A stretch of 64,000 bases of DNA. Origin: Octopus vulgaris. Lineage: Eukaryota. Shown in pieces: positions 12,176 to 25,876 of the stretch. The DNA lies in assembly GCA_951406725.2 (NCBI GenBank), contig OX597830.1:34906001-34970000 (forward strand), read 5' to 3'. The position numbers were made by a program, and so were the translations under genes. Each line of letters opens with the position of its first letter. Within the stretch, counting starts at the first letter, position 1. The notes beneath the pieces were generated by a model, which was not told the origin of the DNA, ran no database searches, and saw only the letters and a program-made list of their open reading frames with translations.

Positions 12176-13773
12176 ACTGATCTTGCCTGAGTTCAGTGTC
12201 ACGTTGATCCTAGCAGTACAGACTGTCCATACAATGCATTACGTCGGTCTCTCTTGAGAACAGTACCAACTGCATCAGTCCGAAAGCTCCCCAAAACAGG
12301 AATCAATGAATTTTACAGCAATGGGCTTGTGTTTCAGTTTTGTTTTATTTTTGAAGAAGAGTTATCGAAGCTACTTAACAGTGTCTACGTTTGCTAGACA
12401 CAACTGCCAAATGTCTATTGAAACACCCTTTACAGTCTTGAAAATGAGGAAGGGCATCCGATAACGTAATCTTAAGTATAAGTAAAGAGGCAAAATGTCA
12501 GATACCACAATGTTCTTAACTAGAACGCGTTCGATTCTATTTCTTCTCTGTCAACGCTGAATCGTGACTAAGCAAATGTAACAGCGAATCTTTTTACTAA
12601 TTAACCATTTACACTTATTTTCTTATTTAAAGCTCTCGTTTGATAAACTATCACTCAGCAATATCCCAAGTGATTGTAATTGTTATTAATTTAATCATAA
12701 AGTCAGCATTTTGGAAAGGATGGGGCTAGTCGCTACTATTTGCTACCAATACTAGATTGGTACTTTATTTTACTGAACCCGAAAGAATAGAAGACAAAAT
12801 TTTTACCTCGGCAGCAAATTTACTCGGATAGAAAAGAACCGGATAATAAATACAAATCAAATCCAGGAGTAAGCATTCATGCACAAAATCAAAACAGAAA
12901 CAAAATTTCTGTTATCAAAGTTGAGTCAATTTCATAAAAATATAAGTGAGATGGAGAAAAGAAAGCTATGATTGCCTCTAGTTTGGCATGAATTTAGATA
13001 AATGTGTTAAGATGCTTATGACTGCATAGTGCATCCCGTCAGAAATGTGTGCAAGTTACTTGGGTTGCACTTGGTAAGCCTGATAGAAGAGAACCACCCC
13101 TACTTGCACAAACCCCTTAGACGGCGTCCTCCGTCAGTCAAGGATGACCATGCCCCTACACCAGTATGCGTTCTTCTGAACAAAATAAGTTTTAAGGCAA
13201 ACCGGCAGTCACCCATGTATACTAGTCTTCATTTTCTATCATGTCACCGACAATTAACCAAGGGAAATTTCCGTTGATTTACACCGATAAAAACTGGCCC
13301 TAGCGATGTCACAGTTTCAGCTGTCAGAACAGAAACGTCTGAATCAGATAACATATTTTCCTATCCCCAAACAGTCCAGCCACCCCACTAACTTCGATTC
13401 ATATATATTTTTAACAGACTTATCAGGATGAAGAGATGACTTTACTTTGATGAGATTTGTACTTCAGTCGTAGAAGGTAAGGCAAAAAAAGTGTGGCATT
13501 CTGTTCAACGCTCCAACGAGTCTCCTAATTCACCGCCTTTGCTTTACCACAAAATATGATGAACACATCAATAACACCGTATATCCAGCATTCCCTCATG
13601 ACCATACGTTAAATAAATATACCCACACACACATATACATAGCTGCATGTCTATACATGTGTGTGTGAGTGGGTGGGTGTGTGGACCTTGATATATGCAC
13701 TATATATATGTGTGTGTGTGTATAAGCAAGTGTGTATATTAATGCAAATATGATATATAAAATGCGTGCATAT

Positions 13774-13825
<52 letters not shown>

Positions 13826-13894
13826 ATGTGTGTGTGTGTGTGCGTGCGTGTGTGTGTGTCTGTGTGTGTTTGTATCTGTGATATATGATTGTGC

Positions 13895-13929
<35 letters not shown>

Positions 13930-14137
13930 TGTGTGTGTGTGTGTGTGCATTAACATGAAGTTATTTGGGTGTAAAAACCAACGCTTGAATAGAAACGAAA
14001 TGTTTGCTACCTACATGGTCTATCAACTGAGTATTTAGCAACAGAAACACACACAAAAAAAACACAAACCACAATTCACACTGTTTAATACACTGACCTA
14101 AAAACTTTTCTCCTGGTTTTCTTTTTACCACTGTTTA

Positions 14138-14325
<188 letters not shown>

Positions 14326-14772
14326 AACAATAATACCAAAATCAACGTATAATATCTGTAGAACATTAACGGCAAGTGTTTTAATCAGCACAACACAACG
14401 TCGACATTTTTTTTTTGTTGGTTCTTTTTCTTTATTATTTCCTAAGCAATGTTACAAGAACTAATTTATTTCTTTTATATCAAGCCATTGAGCAGATTTT
14501 TCCACATAAGCTGCAGGCACTGCACCTTGCTTGGTTTACCGAATTTCCTTTCAAATCTTCTACCTAACAGTGCAGACATGCATACATATACACATTACCT
14601 TCCCTTAACTTCCTTCACATTTATATTTATATCAAGCATATATGCCACCAATAATACCTTTATGTATGTTTAGTATATACATATATACATTTAGTCACAT
14701 ATTATATATATATATACATATATTTATATACATAGATACACACACGTATATCTATATATCCATGGGTATATA

Positions 14773-14841
<69 letters not shown>

Positions 14842-15076
14842 ATATATCATATGTGGTACACTTTAGTTGGGGGATCTGAATAAATGTGCTAATGCGAATA
14901 ATCCAATTGGAAGTAATTTGTAATGGTCACGTGCTTTCCGTTACCGGAAATCACCAGAAGTATATACAAATATCGAAGGAAGATATAATAAACATTGATA
15001 TGAAATATTTGCTGTGTTCCTTCAAACATTTATTAGCACACTCCACTGATATGTGTTCTAGCAGTCGCATCATGTA

Positions 15077-15129
<53 letters not shown>

Positions 15130-15244
15130 CATATATATATATATGTACATATATATACATGCATACATATATATATCTATATATATAGTATATATTCATA
15201 TAATGTGTATATATATACATATATTCATATTTATATACATACAA

Positions 15245-15275
<31 letters not shown>

Positions 15276-16112
15276 AACCTCTATATATGTATATGTATAT
15301 TGGTTTTCTTTTTCTTTTACACATTTATGCCATTAATATATGGTCTAATATAAAGGTATATATATAATTGCTCAGACATTAGCAGTTGTGCACTTATATA
15401 CTACAAAACAATATAACGTTGTCTTTATATGTTGGTTTCTATGAATTTTATGCTTTGTTATCCTACGATGCCTGGTGTGACCATTAGGTTCATTATTATA
15501 ATAGAGCAGATGTTCCATTTTAACTCTTAGTCGAGACGTAAAGGGGCAGAAATATATCTTCAAATTGCAAGCGTTACTCGAATGCTTGCAAAGGAGTGGA
15601 TTTCGGTAGAGTCACGTGAACACTGAGTTATGATGCTTAGTCATGTGACAAACCGTTAATGTAAGCGGCAAGGTGTTCCATATATCCTTTCGGTGATTGC
15701 TTTTAGTTTGTGTTTGACTGAAGTACAAATTTTCGGAGATAGTTAATATATCGAGCAACTACCTAGTGATTCCATCGACTGCCCAGATTAGTTTAATATG
15801 TTGAATACGAAAATCTTAAGATTTAGACCATGCCCCAAAAAGCTGCTCTGAGTACTAAGAGAATTCTTCCTTGCTTAATGACCAGTTTGCTTTTAAGTCA
15901 TGAAATCTTCAAGAAACCCTCCACACCCGCTCGCTATGTGAAGTGACGTTGTTTTGATTCGTTTTGGCCCCATGTCGTGGGTTTTTTAAAGTTGTAAAGG
16001 CAACGTTACTGGATTCAGCTAATGGTTAGTCATATACATTTAAAGCATATTAATACTGATATTTGCATAAATGATACATAATTTATTGTTGACGCTATAT
16101 ATATAAATATAA

Positions 16113-16146
<34 letters not shown>

Positions 16147-16177
16147 TTGTATATATATATATATATATATGATACAT

Positions 16178-16355
16178 CGTTAGCCACTACACAAAATTTT
16201 TTTTCTCCTTGTTTCTCTCCTTGTTTTTTTCTGTGTCCCTTTCTGTAGAAGAGCGTAGGCTCGAAACGTTTCTATTCCTGAGCGTTATACTAATGCATCT
16301 GTTTGTTTTGTACACCACCTGTCTTCGTCTTTTGTTTTTTTTTGTAAACTCTCCA
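16178..16355 (+). mobile_element. (TA)n-embedded Penelope-like short element with degenerate hammerhead
   Basis: ctgtaga-a-gagc-gtag-gctc-gaaac-gtt at 16243-16270. Homologous copies at 17782-17865 (-) and 20700-20822 (-). Confidence 0.6.
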
Positions 16356-16380
16356 TATATATATATATATACATACATAC

Positions 16381-16423
<43 letters not shown>

Positions 16424-16510
16424 GAGAAGGAAGAAAAGCTTATATGATGGAAATCAGCTTATATCTGAGTATGAACAGTTTCTATACATAAACGGCATTT
16501 CTTACAATGT

Positions 16511-16590
16511 AGAGTAATCCCTCGACTATCGCGGGTTCCAAACCCCACCCCCACGATAGGTGAAAATCCGCGACGTAGAAAAAGTACTGT
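16511..16590 (+). mobile_element. Tigger/pogo-like DNA transposon end fragment
   Basis: 'agtaatccctcgactatcgcgg...cgataggtgaaaatccgcg' resembles Tigger-type termini; no partner TIR seen. Confidence 0.45.
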
Positions 16591-17252
16591 ATATGTTTTT
16601 TTTATTATTATTTGTATATAGCAAGTGATTACTCTAGTAGCAATGTTGGACGTAACCCCAACGCAAATCAAAATATGGTGACTGTTACGAATTATAGCAA
16701 TGGTGGTATTTTATAGTTGCATATGTGTATGAAACCAACAAAGTCAATGGCTGTTTTTTTTTTTTAAATCCTCGTTTATGATTGCAATATATTTCTGGGT
16801 AAGAAATTGATGACAGAGAGAAAATGAAGTAGCTTGCATTGAATTGCATCCATTTTTCAGATAGTTCAGATTTCCATCCGTAGGCCCTCCATGGGATTAG
16901 GGAAAGTAGAGACCGAAAGATTAAGTTTTATATATGGGGAAATTCTTCTAAAGAGAAGTGATGTTAAGAGCTAGAGGCATTATTCCCACAATGGCGTTAT
17001 AATAATATTCGTTTACTATCTTCAGTAGTTTTATGTATTCAGGTATCTTATCAAACACACAAACGCACGCGAGCAAACATATCTATATACTCAAAAATAC
17101 AGGCACAAACTCACAAATACATATATAGACATATACACATATTCACACATAAATATATACATTTGTGAATTGACAAACCTTTTTCGATTTTCTTCTTGTT
17201 TGTTTCCTGGAAAAGACATCAATAGGCATACTGACACCAAACACGAATAATA

Positions 17253-17283
<31 letters not shown>

Positions 17284-17728
17284 CGACAACAACGACGACG
17301 AGGGTGATTTCGGCAACCTAAGGAAGCGATGTCGGGAACATATGAAACTTCTTCTGGGGAAGAACTCGAATAAAAAGTATTTAAGAAAGCATTTCAACAT
17401 TATGAAATAGAGGTAATGTAAACGCGTCTCTGTATAACACTATGTGATTGAAGAACAAAATATTATTACTAAAGTACCAAGCATTATGAAACGTTTTCGA
17501 CCCTTATACACACAGTAGTGTATTTTAAAACATATCTTGAAGTTGTCTACACTTGCATGATGTTGTCTTCTTGGATACACGATTTTTATATGATAACCTG
17601 TCTATCAATTTAGGTTCACTGTTTAATAAGAGATTGTTATTGAACTTTATCAAACTAAAATATTGCGAGTATGCAGAGATGTCAATCTATCTATCAACCT
17701 ATATATCAGTATACACACACACACACAT

Positions 17729-17781
<53 letters not shown>

Positions 17782-17782
<1 letters not shown>

Positions 17783-17865
17783 CTACGCTCTTCTACAGAA
17801 AGGGACACAGAAAAAAACAAGGAGAGAAACAAGGAAAGAAAAATTGTGTGTAGTGGCGATCTATC
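17782..17865 (-). mobile_element. Fragment of the 16178-family element
   Basis: cctacgctcttctacagaaagggacacagaaaaaaacaaggagagaaacaagg is the reverse complement of 16207-16259. Confidence 0.8.
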
Positions 17866-17867
17866 AT

Positions 17868-17908
<41 letters not shown>

Positions 17909-18002
17909 GAGAGAGAAAAAACTTCTTCCAGAAAAGTTTGCAACATCCTGATAGAAGATTTTATAATTTGTAAAAAATATTTTTTTATAAAAATCCCCAC
18001 GA

Positions 18003-18155
18003 TTGGCTCTGTTGTAAGAAGTTTGCTTCCCAATCACATAGTGCTGTGTTCCGTCCCACTGTGTGGCACCTCGAGCAAGTGTTTTCTACTATAGCTTCGG
18101 GCTGACTAAAGCCTTGTGAGTGGATCTGGTAGACGGAAACTGAAAGAAGCCCGTC

Positions 18156-18251
<96 letters not shown>

Positions 18252-18330
18252 GTTTATGTTTGTCTCCCCACCAACGCTTGGTATGTTTATGTCTCCGTAA
18301 CTTAACGGTTCGCAAAGAAGAACGATAGAA
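18003..18330 (+). mobile_element. SINE family A
   Basis: gtcccactgtgtggcacctcgagcaagtg...gtggatctggtagacggaaactgaaagaagcccgtcg, followed by an internal microsatellite. Confidence 0.85.
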
Positions 18331-18514
18331 TAGAAGAATTTATATTTAAAAACTGCATTAAGTTTCAGAAAGAATTTCTAATGTGTGTATGTGTGTGTGT
18401 GTGTGTCTGTAATATATATACACACATATATATATATATATATATACATATATATATACATATCTATATCCTCATATATGTATGTGTGTATATAAATTTA
18501 TAAGTGCGTGTGTG

Positions 18515-18555
<41 letters not shown>

Positions 18556-20402
18556 ATACGTACACACATGCACAAATAATTACATATAGCATAACCGTTT
18601 ATGACTTAGAAATACTGGTTTTATATGTGAGATTCAACATACCGCTCTTAGAAAAGAAATGAGAAAACATCCTATCATATATATGAGTATGTTTTCATAT
18701 TCAGAAAATAAATAGACAATGGATACATTAGGTTAATTTAGTAGTGTTGTTTATATATATTTCCTCGAGAAACGATATATATCATAGCTGTGAATCACAG
18801 CAAGTAATTTGGTCAGCGATATTATTGTATTTTGTTTTGAACATTTTATATCAGCATTTATGGAATTTCACAAACCTTATAACATCGCACTAAAGAGCTT
18901 TACGATTAATTATCTGTGTCAAACTATTTACGAAGAATTTAAGAAAATTAATATAGTCTACCTGCTCCACTTGAGTTAGTGAATGCACCAGCTTGTAATG
19001 AATAGAAATAATGTTTCACATGATTTTCCCATTACCCGAAGCCATGTTAGCAATCTGTTATCTGTGACCGTAGGGAGGTATACCTCACGATGGCTGTTAT
19101 GAATTACACGCTCCAGTATCTTTGAAAACAATGCATGTCAACAATATGAGCTACTAACGTTGCGCCTTCGTGTTTGTCCAGTATCACTGGCTAGAATTGT
19201 CATTTGCGTTCAGTCCGCAGGCAAAGATATCTAGAATTGGGAGGACAGATTCATCGATCTCAGGTCACTGGATGAATTCAACTGCTTATACACCTTCAGG
19301 AAACCAACAGAGATATTGTTGAGCATAGTAGGCCAGTAGAGATTGGATATTTCAAGCAGTATTTTTAATTACTTCTTGTTTAATCCATAACAACACTGGT
19401 AACTAAAGTCAAAGTCATTCACTTCTTAATATTTTCACACATTCATAGTCAGCTATATTACGAGTTTCCATCATCTTATCAATTTGAACAAGGAAAACGG
19501 CAATATTTATTCCTACTAAGTGAATTGCCTAGCAATTTAAGAATTTTTTCCTTGAGTAGAAAAGAGATTCACACGTATACACACGTTGACACATATGTAT
19601 GCCTGCGTGCCTATATGCGCATATATGAATTTATGCATATGTATATATGCATTTATTTATGTATACATGTTGTATGTACATGTAAATGTTGAAGTGTATA
19701 TATGATTGTAAGTTGTATGAGGATATTTATGCATACTTGTATGTAAGCTTGTCTGATTTTGTTTTTTCAGATTCTCACCAATAGAGAATGAACCGATTTG
19801 TAGCTTAGAAACAATACTTTTTATCGGAATGTAGACAACATCAAAGAGGGTGGACTAGTGTGTATATAAGCGTATTTGTATATATATGCATTCATGTATG
19901 TGTGTCTGCAAACATGTGTGTATGAATATGTGTCCATGCGTACATATATGCAAGTATATATGTAAATATATACTTATATATTCACACACTCAGTATGGTG
20001 AAGATGCGAATGTCATTATACTCGTGGTTATTATTATAGGCTGAACTTCTTCAATGTTTTTCTTATCTTAACAGTTCCTCCGTCAGTCTGTAGCTGCAAT
20101 CGTCTAACTACTCATGTTACGTCTGGTGTTCTTAAACCCAACTTCTCGTAAATAAAGCTGAATCAATTAGTCACGAAACCACGTATGACGCTATTTATCA
20201 GTAGGAATCTAAAATCATAATCCGGATGGATTCATTGCAGATTTCTAAATGGAGGCAAGAATATCAACTTCCGGATACCGCCATAACGTATATATAAAAC
20301 GATCACATGAATGTGTGTGTAAGTGTGTGAGTGTGTCTGTGTATCTTTGTGTGTGTGAATGAGTGCACGAAATACATACCATTTTATATCATTTTTACTA
20401 TG

Positions 20403-20444
<42 letters not shown>

Positions 20445-20524
20445 ATTTCCTTGTTTAATAGTAATGATACTTTTGCACTCTACAAAACCCTTCAGATTAA
20501 TGTAAGCTTATTCTACATGAACTT

Positions 20525-20613
<89 letters not shown>

Positions 20614-20640
20614 CATGTGTGTATGTATATATATATATAT

Positions 20641-20678
<38 letters not shown>

Positions 20679-20699
20679 GTGTGTATCTGTATTTATGAA

Positions 20700-20822
20700 A
20701 TTTATAGAAAAACAAAAGACGAATTCTAGTGTATGAACAAGCATGTATATTTGTTTGACGCTCAGGAAAATGATAAAGTATTTTACGTTTCGAGCCTACG
20801 CTCTTCAACAGAAAAGAATAAG
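20700..20822 (-). mobile_element. Copy of the 16178-family element with hammerhead-like motif
   Basis: Minus strand ctgttga-a-gagc-gtag-gctc-gaaac-gta, then 'ttcctgagcgtcaaac'. Confidence 0.65.
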
Positions 20823-20823
20823 A

Positions 20824-20884
<61 letters not shown>

Positions 20885-21598
20885 GTATGCATATATATGC
20901 TTACCAGGCGCTCTCTCTCTTTCTCTCTCTCATTCTTCCTCCCTCCGTATACATTGATTAAAACTAAACACAAAAATGCATTGAAGATATACATTTACGC
21001 ATTCATTTCATATATCTTTAACTTATTTACTTTTCCCTTCAGTTGCACATGCGTTTTTTATAGTACCATAATGAGTGGACCAAATTTTGTGACTATAGTT
21101 TGTAAGTTCTCACTGCATGATTAGGGTCGTAGTGAATGTATTTCGAAATATGAACAATGTGGTGAAGTCTAGCTAGGAAGTTTGTGTTAAGAACTGGACC
21201 ACCGTACGGATTAATCACAAGCCTTCATCAAAAATTTCTTACGTGAATAAAAATAACTCGAATCACGAAAATTTACCAGTAAACAATTTAAAATCAATCT
21301 ACATGAGGAATATGATTATATTAACGCGGAAATGTAACTTTGGAAAAGTTTACATTTGGTCAGAAATTTTAACTCAGCGGAATTATTTATTCTCAGCTAA
21401 TCGCTTTCAATAAATGATATGTTTGTAAATGTATGTTTGAAAATTCAGGTCTGTAATAGTCATTTTGACCTCCATGACAGCGAAGTTGTAAAATGATTGC
21501 ATAAACATAAATAATTCAGAACTAGTAATCTTCAAATTACCTTTTCGTTGCATGCATTACACAGGTAAATGGTAGAATGTCGCGTATATGTAGGTATA

Positions 21599-21689
<91 letters not shown>

Positions 21690-21702
21690 ATATATGTATG
21701 TT

Positions 21703-21775
<73 letters not shown>

Positions 21776-21776
<1 letters not shown>

Positions 21777-21945
21777 GGCACAAGCGTGAGTGTGTGATAA
21801 GAAGCTTGGTTGTTTCCCAACCGTATGGTTCCGGAGTTCTGTCCCACTGCGTCGCAACTTTGGTGATTGTCTTTTACTATAGCGTTGGGTCGACCAAAGC
21901 GTTCTCAGTGAATTTGATAGACGGAAACTGAGAGAAGTCAGACGT
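21776..21945 (+). mobile_element. SINE family A, 5' half
   Basis: ggcacaagcgtgagtgtgtgataagaagcttg...gtcccactgcgtcgc...gacggaaactga. Confidence 0.8.
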
Positions 21946-22006
21946 ATATATATATATATAAGAGAAAAATCTATCAGAAAGGAACTCTATCTCTCTTTAA
22001 AAAATA

Positions 22007-22046
22007 TCTTTTGATAAGCATAACAAATGCGCAACCGGTAAAAAGA
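22007..22046 (+). ncRNA. Degenerate minimal hammerhead motif (U3-A8 core variant) within a (TA)n-flanked element at 21960-22120
   Basis: TTGATAA-gcat-aacaa-atgc-GCAA-c-cg-g-TA. Stem II is 4 bp, stem III is the palindrome accggt, and GAAA is mutated to GCAA. Confidence 0.45.
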
Positions 22047-22952
22047 ACTTTCACCTAATTAAATACACTCTCCCTTACTTAAATTATATTGTCAGCATTT
22101 TCTTCATTTCCTTTTTTGTTATATATATATATATATATATATACATATATAAAACTTGCTCAGAAAAGGATGCGTGGCGTTCCATCATATAATAATAGAA
22201 ATAATATATATGTATATATGCATATATGTACGTACATACTTACATGATGTATACGTATATAAACATACATATGTGGACACAGAACTTCACAATATATAAA
22301 CAACAAAAAATACAAAGTACGAGGACATTGAATAAGGACATTTGTTTTGCAAGCAACGAAAGAAACAAATGGAAAACAAGACAAACAATGCAAGAAACGA
22401 CCCATCGTTAGTTGTCGGCTGTTTTTCTAATCCGTATTTTGAGCAATTCACGTCAAGATACGCCTTCGATAAAACAGTTGTCCCCGCAAAGCAAATCAAA
22501 TAAAATTTGCGATCTTGCAGAGGGTGAAGATTGGTGACAAAACCAGGACGGTGAAAACAAACAGGAAAGGCTGTATTTTCAAGTTCAATCCAATTATTCG
22601 GTACATTGTGCAAGTGGCTTCTAATATAGCCCAGGGTTAACGAAGGCCCTATGAATGAATTTGTAAAATGGAAACTGTACGGAACCCCGTAGTATATATC
22701 TTTGTGTGTGTGTGTTTGTCTTGATATTTTTATTTGCTCGTGCCTCTACTGCTTCACATCTTGTATTTTCTTCTGATTACGTCCAGTTAAATTAGCGTTT
22801 CGGTAAAAGAAAATGGTAGAACCATTACCAGTTTTTTTTTTAAATATTTTAAAATCTGTACTACGTAAAAGCGGCGCTCGCGCATGGCCACAACCCAATT
22901 ACTAACAGAAATAATAGAAAAGACTTGCATGTGCACGCGTGTGTTCTCTTAC

Positions 22953-23020
<68 letters not shown>

Positions 23021-23043
23021 GTTATATATATTTACGTATATAC

Positions 23044-23171
<128 letters not shown>

Positions 23172-23399
23172 ATATATATATATGTAAGAAGCATATGTGC
23201 CGTGCAACTCAGCAATCGTTTATAGAATCCTGTTGTACTTTTTGGTTTGCATATGGGAGCTTCATTCATTGCAATATGCAATGCAAAAATCAACCGGAAT
23301 CTCACCATGCATATAATAATCTACCCATGTAATGTATGCTTACAGTGATATTAATGTTGATTCTTTCAGTGAAAACATCGTTGTCCTGATCCTTTCCTG

Positions 23400-24845
23400 C
23401 TTAATGCAAAACCTGTTAACAATATTTTTATTTAAAAGATCCATTCATCAATTCACCGTCTCCCACCATCACTCCCAATATTTTTGGAGAGGCTTGTGGA
23501 TAGATTCACGAGTCAAATTTTCCATAAGGCTCTATCAGAAGCAACCACCATTACGCTTTCCGTGTGACCAAACTGAGACAATGTGTGTTATATATCTATG
23601 TACTTCTTACCAGTTGTCTCAGCTTAAAGAAACCGTCTTGTTATTGTATCCTACGACATTCTAATCACAGGTTTGTAGTATCAGGGCTCTACCCACCAAC
23701 CAGTACGGAGAAGCATCGGTCATTACCCAACATTCATGAGTATAGATGAGGATATACTACGAAACTCAAATTGGCTTATTTACAACCGCTCCTTTTCTGA
23801 GTATCGTATGCTGGAGAAGGCGTATTATGGTCCCGGCCAGTGCAATTTAGCTTCCTGCTTCCCATCCTATATGAATACGGGCCCGAGGTACTTAAACTTA
23901 TCCACCTCTCCTAGTGGTATTCCACTATCAAACAGATCATATTGGGAAGATTTTGAGACGCGAAACAATATCTGTTTCTTCGCAACACTAAATCTCTTCC
24001 CTGCTTAACAGCATTTGTTAGCGAACCCACTGAGCACATGTTGGAGACAACCTTCTGATAAGCCGAGTAAGACCATGTCATCTACAGATATTATCCGATC
24101 GATCCTACAGTCATTGTTTGTGATAGCACTTCCACATCGTATATCAATCCAGTTCATAAGAATTATAAAAATGATGTGACAATACGCATGCCTGTCGAAA
24201 TCCGACACAAACACCAGATTATTCGTAAAGGGACGCCATGACAACGTGAAATTGCCCATTAATTCAAAACTCCTGCAAAACCCTCTACAACACGTCCATC
24301 TTCAGGTGATCATAGGTTTTTGCAAGGTCTACTAAACAAGCTTACACTTCTTGGCAATATTTCTATGATGTTTTTGAAGACCCGTCGTAAATTGAGTATT
24401 TGCTTAGCGAGGTTTCCTCCAGGGTGGAAGTCACACTTTTCCTCTTTTTCGAACTTGACAAAATATCCCTACATCACTTTTCCAGAGAGCTAGCGTAGAT
24501 TTTACAAAGGGGAAGAAACAAAACTCCTCTATAAAGAAAGCATTCTCTCTTGTCTCGCTTTTTTTAAACTTGAGATTAACAACCCAGATTGCCATTGCTT
24601 TGGCGTCTTTCCAGAGGTCCAAACCCACCTAACATTTCCCAGTCAGTCTGAGAATATCTTCTCTATTTGCGGCCATTAACATCCCAGGCCGACTTTAATT
24701 CTCCCCGACATCTTTACCCCATTTGAATGCTTTAATCGCCTGCGTGGCTTCAGCCTCTGAAGTTATTTTTCACCCCGAGATCCACACCGTATCTAGCAGA
24801 TTTTATTGTGGTCAAATTCAGGAGATCAGCAAAATATTCTGTCGA
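23400..24845 (-). mobile_element. Highly decayed RTE-clade LINE (RT region)
   Basis: Minus-strand remnants VGFRQACVLS.IFIILMNWID, SVDDMVLL..SEGCLQ..L and LGEVDKFKYLG, with many stops and frameshifts. Confidence 0.8.
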
Positions 24846-25208
24846 CAAAATATCTTATCCAAAGCTTCCATTTCTCAGCAATAATTTACATTCAAATATT
24901 GATTTCGGACATGAGCACAGAACGTAAAATTTGAAGGATGCACATAATAATTTACGATGATTCCATTATTTTACGAGCACTTTTTCTATTGAAATTAGCG
25001 CTAAAATTGAGCTCAGGGTAATTTTGGACTCAGTACGTAAAATGCTGTGATTAAATAACTCAGAAAACTTTTTGTATAAAGTAACGATTTAAAAAAAATA
25101 TATAGTCAAGAAGTGAATCTTTACGTAGTCGTCTGATCTGCTAGAAATAGCTTCCAAACCTCTTTAAATTACAGCAAAGAAGTTTGTTTGTACCTCGTAG
25201 AAAATACA

Positions 25209-25247
<39 letters not shown>

Positions 25248-25798
25248 GGTTATGGTTGTAAAGGCTTTAATAGAGATCTGCTCAATCAATGATGACCAGG
25301 GCTAAAATGATCAACAATAACTGAGCACAACTGATCAACAGATATTAGTGCATATCTATTGCAATAGTACTAAACACCATCAAATCACACCCAGCCAGCT
25401 TTCAAAAAAAGATACTTTAGAGAATGCGGTCCCTGCATACCAGAAATCAAGTAAGATAGTCATTGATTGGAGATCATGCGATCAGAGATCTACTTTAACA
25501 GGGTTGACTTGGAGCTAAACAACGAGAACAGCACAAACTTAAAAAATGGACAACTACCTTTGTAAGCTAATCAGTTACTAATGTATCTCTTCTACACCCA
25601 GCGCCTACTTTCCCAAGCAAGTTACAAGCTCATGGCTGTTTGTAGTAGCATTGAGTGGTGACTTCAATAAAATTTTTCACCGGATCGCTCTTCTTAAGCT
25701 AGCAATGATATCGTCCAGAATTCTCAATCCATCTGTCTTATAATTCCAGAGAAAAACCAGGATATCCTCCCACCAAACCAGCATTCTAAGGTTAGAGA

Positions 25799-25876
<78 letters not shown>

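Noticed and set aside
13048-13111. Inverted repeat tgtgcaagt/acttgcaca
   Set aside because: Only 9 bp with a poorly pairing interior; compatible with chance.
14480-14562. Possible minus-strand terminal exon (RRFERKFGKPSKVQCLQLMW...) with AATAAA
   Set aside because: No recognisable homology, weak acceptor, and the nearest donor gives an implausible ~35-nt intron.
25677-25785. Possible minus-strand exon MLVWWEDILVFLWNYKTDG...
   Set aside because: An acceptor is present but there is no family match or partner exon I can support.
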